DNA of 64,000 bases, taken from the NCBI GenBank assembly GCA_037481835.1, contig JBBFKW010000003.1, positions 32,001 through 96,000 on the forward strand. The letters are read 5' to 3'. Numbering within the stretch: position 1 is the first letter of the stretch; each line of letters starts with the position of its first letter. Below the pieces are notes generated by a model. The model was not told where the DNA came from, searched no databases, and was given only the letters and a program-made list of their open reading frames with translations. Positions 9,065 to 19,386 of the stretch are shown here, in pieces. Made by a program: the position numbers and the translations under genes. This DNA is from Desulfosoma sp. (GTDB lineage Bacteria > Desulfobacterota > Syntrophobacteria > Syntrophobacterales > DSM-9756).

Positions 9065-10324
9065 TCAATGATCGCAGACATTGGCGCCGCATTCCAAGGT
9101 GCCTTCCAAATAGCGCCGCACAAGATTGCGGGGATCGTCGGCGGGAGCACCCGTCAGCACCCGGATCCCCCTCTCTTCAAAAAGACCGATGGCCCGTTGT
9201 CCCATCCCTCCGGCAATGACCATCCCCACACCCTGATCGGCCAGCCAACGCGGCAGAAGGCCGGGCTCATGAGGAGGTGGTGTCACTTCGGTGTGGTTTT
9301 GGATTTGCGAGTCGCGGACGTCCACAAGGACGAACTTTTCACAATGCCCGAAGTGGTTGCAAAGCTTTCCGTCGGCGGTGGGAACGGCGATGCGCAAGAC
9401 GTTCGGTTCCATGGCGGGTTTCTCCTCGTTTTGATCTGTCGGGCCTTTTTCGGTTTTGAAGCCGAGCGGCGGGGAACACCGTTCGATGACCTGATCCGTC
9501 AAAGCGTTCAAGGCGCAGGCAAACGGACCGTTTTCCGATCGACCGAGCTGCAGGGTCGTTCCGGCATCCCCGGCGTTCACCACGCTGAGATCGAAGGGCA
9601 AACTCCCCAGGAAGTGAACCTGCATCCGCTCGGCGGTTTTCCGGCCCCCTCCGGATCCAAAAAGGGGCACTTCCTTGCCGCAATGCGGGCACACCAACGC
9701 ACTCATGTTTTCCACCAGGCCCAGGATCGGCACATGGGCCTGACGGCAGAAGTTGATGGATTTTCGAACGTCCTGCAGCGCGATTTCCTGGGGCGTGGTG
9801 ACGATCACGGCGTGAACGTCCGGGATGGTTTGCGCAATGCTTAAAGGCTCATCGCCCGTTCCCGGCGGGCAGTCCACGATCAGGTAGTCCAGACTGCCCC
9901 AATGGACCTGACCGATAAACTGCTTGATGACCCCATGTTTCACGGGCCCTCTCCAAATCACGGCGGCATCGGGATCATCCAGCAGGAGCTGGATGGACAC
10001 CACATGGAGGTTTTCCGTCAGGGCATGGGGAACCAATCGCTTTTGGTCGTCCACGTGAAAAGTTCCCTGAACCCCGAGGATCTTGGGGATGCTGGGCCCG
10101 TGGAGGTCCACGTCGAGGAGCCCCACCATGAAGCCTCTTCGTGCCAGGGCAACGGCCAAGCCCGCCGCCACACTGCTTTTGCCCACCCCGCCTTTCCCGC
10201 TCATGACCAACAGCTTGTGGCCGATGCGGCGCAATTGTTCGTGCACCAAACGGTCCTCGTCCCTTTCGGCATGGGCCGTCTTGGCCGAGCATTCAGAATC
10301 TCCGTGATGACATGCCTGCGTCAT
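9065..10324 (-). CDS. Mrp/NBP35 Fe-S carrier ATPase fused to C-terminal NifX-like domain
   Basis: SGKGGVGKS, DVDLHGPSIP, VIWRGP, DCPPGTGDE, ENMS..CPHC; C-terminal IAVP..HFGHC..PHEPG..IAGGMG..CDH; GGAGG SD before ATG 10324. Confidence 0.9.
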   Translation of the reverse strand: MTQACHHGDSECSAKTAHAERDEDRLVHEQLRRIGHKLLVMSGKGGVGKSSVAAGLAVALARRGFMVGLLDVDLHGPSIPKILGVQGTFHVDDQKRLVPHALTENLHVVSIQLLLDDPDAAVIWRGPVKHGVIKQFIGQVHWGSLDYLIVDCPPGTGDEPLSIAQTIPDVHAVIVTTPQEIALQDVRKSINFCRQAHVPILGLVENMSALVCPHCGKEVPLFGSGGGRKTAERMQVHFLGSLPFDLSVVNAGDAGTTLQLGRSENGPFACALNALTDQVIERCSPPLGFKTEKGPTDQNEEKPAMEPNVLRIAVPTADGKLCNHFGHCEKFVLVDVRDSQIQNHTEVTPPPHEPGLLPRWLADQGVGMVIAGGMGQRAIGLFEERGIRVLTGAPADDPRNLVRRYLEGTLECGANVCDH

Positions 10325-10410
10325 GATGTCTTGAACCTCCTTTGCATGAACGCGATGAATCCGTGCATGGCTTGAAAAAGTTTTTAGGAATGAACCCCGT
10401 GAAGCCATAG

Positions 10411-10425
10411 TCAAGGACCGTGCCA
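10411..10425 (-). promoter_or_regulatory. Candidate sigma54 (-24/-12) promoter for mrp-nifX
   Basis: TGGCAC-GGTCC-TTGA on minus strand (consensus TGGCAC-N5-TTGC), 87 nt upstream of ATG, next to a sigma54 activator gene. Confidence 0.6.
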
Positions 10426-10522
10426 GGCGCGCGTTCCCATGGCGGGCCTTCTCCGAATGCTTTTGGGAGGTGGGAAACCGGGGGGGCGCGGAGCCGGCGC
10501 GGACCCGGCCGGGCGAAGAAAA

Positions 10523-10571
10523 GGGAACAAAATGCATCCCCTAAAATTTCTCCCGGTGCCGTTTTGAGGCG
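10523..10571. promoter_or_regulatory. Two candidate enhancer (UAS) sites for the OrpR-like activator
   Basis: GGGAACAAAATGCATCCC (10523-10540) and GGTGCCGTTTTGAGGCG (10555-10571) share an inverted YRTTTTG core, 100-145 nt upstream of the sigma54 site. Confidence 0.4.
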
Positions 10572-10768
10572 ACGGGGCGGGGGAGCGGGCTGGGGCGATG
10601 GCGCGGGAGTTTCGGGGGTTTTATTGATCTGTGGGCAAGGAAACAGTGTTGGGGTTCGCTGGGGCGGTGGTTTGCGGAGGGAAACTCTCTTCGGCTTGGA
10701 AGGCGGGACGGGCCCGAAAAGACAGTGCGCAGCGGGAGGAAGGGAGCCGTGGGGGAAGGGCGCAGGGG

Positions 10769-12196
10769 TCAGGAGGCGGCGGGGGTGGAGGAGGATTTGC
10801 GAGCTCTGGGCGGGATGAGGGAGTCCAGGCGGTGTCTGAGGATCTTTCGGCGGAGCGTGTTCTTGTCGATGCCCAGTTCGCGGGCCGTCGCCATGCGTTT
10901 CCACTGATTGCGCTCCAAGGCTTCCCAAATGGCGCGCTTTTCAATGTCGTCCAGGCTCCAGCCTCGGGGCGGTTCGAAGCCTTCCCGCACTTTCTGAAGA
11001 TGCTCGGGCAGATGTTCGGGGCGGATCCAGCCTTCGCGGCACAAGATGAAGGCGTGCTCCACGGCGTTTTCCAGTTCCCGGATATTGCCGGGCCAGTCAT
11101 GTGTCATGAAGATGTGCAGGGCTTCATGGCTCAAGCCATAAATTTTTTTGTTTTGCACGCGGTTGAAGCGCTCTACGAAGTGGTTCACCAACAAGGGGAT
11201 GTCTTCGCGGCGTTGGGACAGGGGCGGCAGCCACAGCTTGACCACATTGATCCGGTAAAAGAGATCTTTCCGGAACAGCCCCTCTTCCACCAGCTGCTCC
11301 AGATCCTTGTTGGATGCGGCGATGATGCGCACATCGGCCTTGCAGCTCTTGGAAGAGCCCAAGGGTTCGTAGACGCGTTCCTCCAAGACCCGAAGGAGCC
11401 GAACCTGCAAGGCCGGCGACACATCCCCGATTTCATCCAGAAACAGGGTCCCGCCTTCCGCCAGGGCGAAACGGCCGCTTCGGTTTCGCTTGGCGTCGGT
11501 GAAGGCGCCCGCCACGTGCCCGAACAGTTCCGATTCCAAGAGGGTATCGGGTAAGGCCCCGCAGTTGACGGCCACAAAGGGCCCCTTGGCCCTTCGGCTC
11601 AGCGAATGGATGGTTCGCGCCAGGACTTCCTTGCCGGTGCCGCTGTCTCCCTGGATCAGCACCGTGCTTTCGCTTTGGGCGATCTGGGGCAGGATGGTGA
11701 AAAGGCGCTGCATGGCGGGCGCCTTGGAAAGAATGTCCCCGAACCGGTACTTCCTGTGGATTTCGCGGCGCAGCGTTTCCACTTCCGTAAGGTCACGGAA
11801 GGTTTCCACGCCGCCCACCGTATGCCCGGCATCGTCTTTGAGAAGCGCGGTGCTGATGCTGATGGGGACTTCACGGTTTTCGGCGTTGAGGATCGCCACG
11901 GCCTGTTCCACCACGGCTTTGCCCGTTTCCATGGTGTGGCGCAAGGCGCAGGCCGCCTCACAGATGTTGGCCCGAAAGACTTCGCAGCACGGCCGGCCTA
12001 GAGCCTCTTCCGCAGGAACCCCCGTGATTCTCTCCGCCGCCTTGTTGAAGAAGGTGATGCGAAAATCCGCATCCACCGTGAAGACCCCGTCGGCGATGCT
12101 GTCCAGAATGGTTCGCGCCCATTCCAAAGGCGGAGGGGATTTCGGATCTGGTGACGACACCCGCCCAGGGGTTGTCTCAGTTCGAGTGTCCGGCAT
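10769..12196 (-). CDS. PAS-domain sigma54-dependent activator, OrpR-like
   Basis: PAS with Cx8Cx3C (CCEVFRANICEAAC); [37 protein letters not shown], Fis HTH. Confidence 0.88.
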   Translation of the reverse strand: MPDTRTETTPGRVSSPDPKSPPPLEWARTILDSIADGVFTVDADFRITFFNKAAERITGVPAEEALGRPCCEVFRANICEAACALRHTMETGKAVVEQAVAILNAENREVPISISTALLKDDAGHTVGGVETFRDLTEVETLRREIHRKYRFGDILSKAPAMQRLFTILPQIAQSESTVLIQGDSGTGKEVLARTIHSLSRRAKGPFVAVNCGALPDTLLESELFGHVAGAFTDAKRNRSGRFALAEGGTLFLDEIGDVSPALQVRLLRVLEERVYEPLGSSKSCKADVRIIAASNKDLEQLVEEGLFRKDLFYRINVVKLWLPPLSQRREDIPLLVNHFVERFNRVQNKKIYGLSHEALHIFMTHDWPGNIRELENAVEHAFILCREGWIRPEHLPEHLQKVREGFEPPRGWSLDDIEKRAIWEALERNQWKRMATARELGIDKNTLRRKILRHRLDSLIPPRARKSSSTPAAS

Positions 12197-12246
12197 AAAC
12201 CGAGCCCCAAAAACCCGCACCGATCCCCGCCTGGCCTAAAGGCGCC

Positions 12247-12705
12247 TCAATCCCTCTTGACCACGATGACGGGTTGCTTGGCATGGCGGATCACATAGTC
12301 GGAAACCGAACCCAAAAGCACGGAACTCAGGTTGCTCCGGCCGTGGGAGCCCAAGATGATCGCCGACACGTTTTCCTCGTCGGCGACTTCCAAAATTTTA
12401 ACATGGGGAACGCCCTCTTCCAGCCGCGTTGTCACGTCAAAGCCCGCGGCCTTGAGCTCCTCTTCGATCGGGCGCATGTCCTCCCAGGCCTCCTGCCGAA
12501 GCGACTCCAGGACCTCTTTGAGGAAGGTGGCCACATCTTTTCCGGAAAGCGCCACACCCTTGGCGATGCACGCCATGGTCTTGTCGTTGAGCACCCGGAG
12601 GACGATGACGTGTTTGGCTCCGGCCCCTCTGAGGACTTTGAGGTATTGGAGCGCCTTGCGGGAGACTTGGGAAAAATCCGTGGGGTAGAGAATCTTTTCG
12701 AACAT
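12247..12705 (-). CDS. Universal stress protein
   Basis: KILYPTDFS, IILGSHGRS...LLGSVSDYVIRHAKQPVIVVK. Confidence 0.92.
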   Translation of the reverse strand: MFEKILYPTDFSQVSRKALQYLKVLRGAGAKHVIVLRVLNDKTMACIAKGVALSGKDVATFLKEVLESLRQEAWEDMRPIEEELKAAGFDVTTRLEEGVPHVKILEVADEENVSAIILGSHGRSNLSSVLLGSVSDYVIRHAKQPVIVVKRD

Positions 12706-12718
12706 GAGGAGCCCCTCC

Positions 12719-13645
12719 TTACGCCTGCGCGGTTCCCATCCCCCGCGGACTCTGCTCCACAGGCTTGGGGACGCCGCACTCTAAGTTTTCCAGCAAAGCC
12801 TTCAGCCCGTTCCAGACCTCTTGAATGGATCGCACCACCGGCGTTTCACCGTAGTCCACCAGGCTCCGGCCGTCAACCTGAGAGCGTGTCACCAAGGGGT
12901 CGAAGGGGATGAAGCCGAGAAAGGCCGCCCCTCGTGCGCAGGTCTCTTGCGCAATCCGATGCGCTTCTTGGGGGTGCACGTCCCATTTATTCACACACAC
13001 GGCGGCGGGAACTCGAAAATGACCCGCCAGGGCAAGAACGCGTTCCATGTCGTGACGCCCGGTCACCGTCGGTTCGGCCACCACGAGGACGGCGTCGGCG
13101 TTGCCCATGGAGGCGATCACCGGGCATCCCACACCCGGCGGCCCGTCAGTCAGGATGAGATCGATATGGCGGCTTTCAGCGAGGCGGCGCGCTTCCCGCC
13201 GGACGAGGGCCACCAATTTCCCCGAATTTTCTTCAGCGATCCCCAGCCGGGCGTGGACCATGGGGCCGTAGGCCGTTTCGGACACATGCCAGAGGCCGCA
13301 AGTCTTTTCGAAAAAATCCACCGCGCGATCGGGGCACAAATGGGCGCATACGCCGCAGCCTTCACACAGCAGCGGTTCCACGCGAAAAGCCTCGTCGATG
13401 GCGTTAAACCGGCACCATTTCCGGCATAGGCCGCACCGGGTGCAGCGCTCCAGGTTGATTTGAGCGTCGTGGCCGGACACGAAATCGTGGGTTTCCAAGA
13501 TCCGAGGCCGGGTCACAAGGTGCAGGTCGGCCGCGTCCACATCTGCATCACACAAGACGACTTTTCCGGCAAGAGCCGCGAATGCCGCAACAAGACTCGT
13601 CTTTCCCGTGCCGCCTTTGCCGCTGATGACGACCAATTCCCTCAT
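12719..13645 (-). CDS. MinD-type P-loop ATPase with inserted 2x[4Fe-4S] ferredoxin domain
   Basis: SGKGGTGKT, DADVDAADL, CTRCGLC..C, CEGCGVC..CP, ENSGKLV, DGPPGVGCPV. Confidence 0.9.
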   Translation of the reverse strand: MRELVVISGKGGTGKTSLVAAFAALAGKVVLCDADVDAADLHLVTRPRILETHDFVSGHDAQINLERCTRCGLCRKWCRFNAIDEAFRVEPLLCEGCGVCAHLCPDRAVDFFEKTCGLWHVSETAYGPMVHARLGIAEENSGKLVALVRREARRLAESRHIDLILTDGPPGVGCPVIASMGNADAVLVVAEPTVTGRHDMERVLALAGHFRVPAAVCVNKWDVHPQEAHRIAQETCARGAAFLGFIPFDPLVTRSQVDGRSLVDYGETPVVRSIQEVWNGLKALLENLECGVPKPVEQSPRGMGTAQA

Positions 13646-14553
13646 GCCGAAACCTCGCGCATCTCGGGCACTGAAGCCCGGCCTCCGGGTATAGCGCCGG
13701 AGCGGGCCTGCTTCAGTTCACGAGTCACGGCGTCGTAGAGCCGCTGCATCATCTCTTTCCATTCGGGAAAAACTTCCACGAGGAGACGCCCCTGGGCGTA
13801 GTGTTCTGCCACTTTTCGATCGAAGGGGATTTCCAGGAGTATGGGCAGGTTTTCTCGACGGGCGAAGTCACGGATGCGGTCGTCTCCAATGTCGCATCGG
13901 TTGACGACAAGCCCGCAGGGAATCCCCATCCTTCTCACGGCGGCGACGGCCAGGGCGAGGTCATTTAGCCCGAAGGGCGTCGGTTCGGTCACCAGAAGGA
14001 CGTAGTCGGCTCCCCAGAGGCTGGCCACCACGGGACAGGACGTGCCCGGCGGCGCGTCCACGACCATCACGGCACACTGCGGGATTTCCGAGGCCGCCCG
14101 GCGCACGTTTCGGATCAAGGGCGGGGCCATGGCTTCTCCGATTCTCAGCGTGCCGTTCACAAAAAGGATGGAGCCGCGACGCCCGGTGCGCCGCTCCCCG
14201 ATCTGTCGAGACCCCCACGAGATCGCCTCCGCGGGACACACCAGCGCGCAGCCGCCGCAACTGTGGCACAATTCGGGGAAGGCGAGGACGGTTTCGGGCA
14301 GCACTGCGATGGCCTTGAACCGGCACAGATCCTGACACGCCCCGCACAGGGTGCATTTTTCCGCATCGATGACCGGGACGTCCACCGTGACCGGGACCGT
14401 GTGATCCCATTGCGGTTTCAAAAACAAATGGGCGTTGGGTTCTTCCACGTCGCAGTCGGCCAAAACCACCGGATGCTCGAGAGCCGCCGCCAGGTTGCAG
14501 GCCACGGTGGTTTTTCCCGTCCCGCCCTTGCCGCTTGCGATGGCGAGGATCAT
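13642..14553 (-). CDS. MinD-type P-loop ATPase with inserted 2x[4Fe-4S] ferredoxin domain (paralog)
   Basis: ASGKGGTGKTT, DCDVEEPN, CTLCGAC..C, CHSCGGC..CP, DAPPGTSCPV, EPTPFG. Confidence 0.9.
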   Translation of the reverse strand: MILAIASGKGGTGKTTVACNLAAALEHPVVLADCDVEEPNAHLFLKPQWDHTVPVTVDVPVIDAEKCTLCGACQDLCRFKAIAVLPETVLAFPELCHSCGGCALVCPAEAISWGSRQIGERRTGRRGSILFVNGTLRIGEAMAPPLIRNVRRAASEIPQCAVMVVDAPPGTSCPVVASLWGADYVLLVTEPTPFGLNDLALAVAAVRRMGIPCGLVVNRCDIGDDRIRDFARRENLPILLEIPFDRKVAEHYAQGRLLVEVFPEWKEMMQRLYDAVTRELKQARSGAIPGGRASVPEMREVSA

Positions 14554-15197
14554 GTGGCATCCCCCCGCACCATGGCCTTCCCGCACTTGGGACAGGTCAT
14601 CTGCACGCATGGCACGCCTTGCCGATGGGGCACCTTTTCGCCGCAAGCGGGGCATACGCAGAAAGCGGGAGCCCCCTGGGCGCCGCGGCCCATGCCGGCC
14701 CCCTGTGCCGCTCCTCCCCGGCATCGACCGCCTTGTCCCTGGCCCCTGCCTGGCCCTTTCCCTGCACCCCCGCCCGAACCTCCGAAGCCTCTGCCTTTCC
14801 CCGGCGCCATGATCTTTTCTCCTTCCTTGTCCAAAGAGGACCGACATGATCGGTACCGCCTCGGCCCGCCACATCCCGGCAGCCAAAAGGCGGGCTGATC
14901 CAACCGCCCGCTGCGGTAGGCCCGGATCACTTCCTCCACCTCCCCCGCCACGCCGTGCAGCACGCGAAGGCCAAGGCCCTCGGCGTACAGGAGCAATTCC
15001 CGGCTGACGGCCCCGCAGATCAGGGTGGCAGCCTTTCGGGCTTTAAGCCTCTCCAGCCTTTCATATGGGTTGGAACCGCCCACATCCAAAACGCGTGCGG
15101 CCCAATCCCCCTCACCGCACACGTCGATGAGAAGAATCTGGCTACACCAGTCCAAAACCGGCGCCACCCGGCCCTTGGATACGGCCACAGCGAGCAT
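14550..15197 (-). CDS. NifX-like domain fused to Gly/Arg-rich linker and Cys-rich zinc-ribbon domain
   Basis: RVAPVLD..LICGAVS..GEVEEVI..F.LPGC; C-terminal CVCPACG..H..GVPC...CPKCG; GAGGAG SD before ATG 15197. Confidence 0.75.
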   Translation of the reverse strand: MLAVAVSKGRVAPVLDWCSQILLIDVCGEGDWAARVLDVGGSNPYERLERLKARKAATLICGAVSRELLLYAEGLGLRVLHGVAGEVEEVIRAYRSGRLDQPAFWLPGCGGPRRYRSCRSSLDKEGEKIMAPGKGRGFGGSGGGAGKGPGRGQGQGGRCRGGAAQGAGMGRGAQGAPAFCVCPACGEKVPHRQGVPCVQMTCPKCGKAMVRGDAT

Positions 15198-15433
15198 GGG
15201 TTTCCTCCTCGTGGGGGTCGAAGACCGAAGGGGCAAGTTCCATGCCCAAGGCGGCTGGCCGTCCATGGGACTTCAACCCAGCGGCGCTGCACCTCAAAAA
15301 AACGCGGGAAAGGAAAGCCGGGCGGCGAAAGAACGACGGGGGAAAGTGCCCGGGGCCGAAAAAGGAAGGGTGCGCATCGTTCCCGATAAAAGGCAGCCAG
15401 GGAACGATGTGCACCGTCAAAAGAGCAGGCCGG

Positions 15434-15622
15434 TCATTTCTGGGATTTGTAGCTTTCTTGGAAAACCTGGGGGTTCACGTTGCCCGAACCGGGGCCGCCG
15501 CATTCCGGAATGTAGCAGGTCACATCGAGGAACTCACATTTTTCCTTGCACGAAGGGCATGTTTCCGGGGGGCTTACGGCATCCAGGGTGTGGCCGCACT
15601 TGTTGCATTTCCACATGGTCAT
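15434..15622 (-). CDS. Small rubredoxin-like / zinc-ribbon protein (62 aa)
   Basis: WKCNKCG...PPETCPSCKEKC...CYIPEC; AGGAGGAG SD. Confidence 0.75.
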   Translation of the reverse strand: MTMWKCNKCGHTLDAVSPPETCPSCKEKCEFLDVTCYIPECGGPGSGNVNPQVFQESYKSQK

Positions 15623-15783
15623 GGCGTCTCCTCCTTCCAAACGATCTCGGCGATGGCAAACAGTTGAGAGTCGACCCCATAAAGAGCCGACTCGATCCTT
15701 TGTTTCCACCCATAACACACTTTGAAAGGAAAGACACCGTGATCCGGCGAATCCGAGGCGCCGGCGGAACCGGCCCCATCCCA

Positions 15784-17163
15784 TCAGTCTTCAGGGGCGC
15801 TCTCCTCTTTGCCGCCGTGCCCGTCGTCTTTGACGCCCATGAGGAAACCCCGCACGTGTTCCGGCAAAGCGCCGGCTTTCTTTTCAAGGCTCGGGCGCAC
15901 GTGCTCCCGGGTGAGGCTTTCCACGTCCCTGAACCGCATATTCAAGAGGCGCAGCCACTCCTCGTTGAACGGTTTCCACAGGGCCTCTTTCGACGCCCCG
16001 CCGATGGACTCGGCGCACAGGTGCGAGACATGGAGCATGGCCACGAGAGGACGCACCTCGACGGGCAGCTGTTCCGGAGGGCTGAAAATGGGGTAGTCCT
16101 GGAATTCCACGGCGCGGCAGACATTTTCAGGGATGTTCCATTCCTCCAACAAAAGCGCCCCCAGCTTTGCCGGATCCAGAATGTCGATGAGGACGGAAAG
16201 CTTGGGGTTTTGCTTTTTCATGAGCAGCAAGACGCTCTTGCCGATATCGTGCAACAGGGCGATGGTGCTCATCATGGAGGCCTGCTGGCGGTTGAACAGC
16301 TGTGCGATTTCGTAGGCCACATGGGAAATGACCACCGAGTGGTTGTGCAGGGCTCGAAACGGCGGCGTGTTGGGCATGGTGCGGCGCAGTCCGTCGGCGA
16401 TGACCAGCTGGTAGACCTGGTTGAAGCCCAGGAGGATGACGGCGTGCTGGAAGTCGGAAATTTTCTTTTGCCAATTGTAATAAGCGGAATTCACCCGTTT
16501 GAGCACGGCGCTCACCAAGGACGGGTCGTTTTTGGCCAAGGCGGCCACGTCCTTGGCCGACACGTTGGCGTCCAGGAGCATTTGGGCCAACCGGCTGGCG
16601 TACATGGGAAGCTGGGGCACTTTTTTCAGCATCCCCACGATCATTTCCGACTGCGTGTAATCCTGGGTGCGTTCCACGATGCTGCGGCGCACGAACCGGG
16701 TCATGAAATCGCACTGGGCAGCAAGGCTTTCCTGGCGGGCGACGGTCTCAGAGAGATGCCTCTGGAAAGTCTCCACGAGCTTCTTCGTAAGAAAGGCGGT
16801 GAGAGGCGGATCTAGCGTGTCCAGAATGCCCTCGGGAAAGGAAAGCACAACGGAAGGTTGTACCGCGACGGCGGCGACGAGAGTCCCCGGGGTGCCGGAA
16901 AAAACCGTTTCGCAAAAGGCATCGCCCGCACTCAAAAGGGCCGCTTGCCTCGCCGTGGCGCCCGCTCTTTTGACGAGTCGAAGGCATCCCTTGAGCAGCA
17001 AACGAATGGCTCGGTCGGGCTCCCCTTCGCGAAAGAGCACATCTCCCGGGGCGAGGTTTTTCAGCGCCCCCGCGTTGTAGAGCCCGATAAAGGTCTTTTC
17101 GTCCACCTCTCCGAGGCTCTTGGTCCCCTCGTGATCCAGCATCGTTTTCGGCGTTCCTCTCAT
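15784..17163 (-). CDS. Cyclic-nucleotide-binding domain + HDOD domain protein
   Basis: GDVLFREGE..LLLKG..GDAFCE (cNMP-like); DPSLVSAVLKRVNSAYY, LLHDIGK, WNIP (HDOD). Confidence 0.82.
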   Translation of the reverse strand: MRGTPKTMLDHEGTKSLGEVDEKTFIGLYNAGALKNLAPGDVLFREGEPDRAIRLLLKGCLRLVKRAGATARQAALLSAGDAFCETVFSGTPGTLVAAVAVQPSVVLSFPEGILDTLDPPLTAFLTKKLVETFQRHLSETVARQESLAAQCDFMTRFVRRSIVERTQDYTQSEMIVGMLKKVPQLPMYASRLAQMLLDANVSAKDVAALAKNDPSLVSAVLKRVNSAYYNWQKKISDFQHAVILLGFNQVYQLVIADGLRRTMPNTPPFRALHNHSVVISHVAYEIAQLFNRQQASMMSTIALLHDIGKSVLLLMKKQNPKLSVLIDILDPAKLGALLLEEWNIPENVCRAVEFQDYPIFSPPEQLPVEVRPLVAMLHVSHLCAESIGGASKEALWKPFNEEWLRLLNMRFRDVESLTREHVRPSLEKKAGALPEHVRGFLMGVKDDGHGGKEESAPED

Positions 17164-17237
17164 GGAGCGCTCCGTCTTAGGGTTTCGGACCGATCTCTTC
17201 CACTAGATCATTCGGTCGATCGGGTGCAAAAGGTTAA

Positions 17238-19363
<2,126 letters not shown>

Positions 19364-19386
19364 GATCCTTCCCTCCGCCGCCGGCC

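Noticed and set aside
8642..15197. Nitrogen-fixation genes suggested by NifX/NifH-like domains
   Set aside because: No nifHDK; domain architecture fits the ORP cluster
15025..16815. Long antisense ORFs (also 3269..4603, 5881..7134, 42106..44004, 56736..58472)
   Set aside because: Shadow frames of real genes in high-GC DNA; no recognisable motifs
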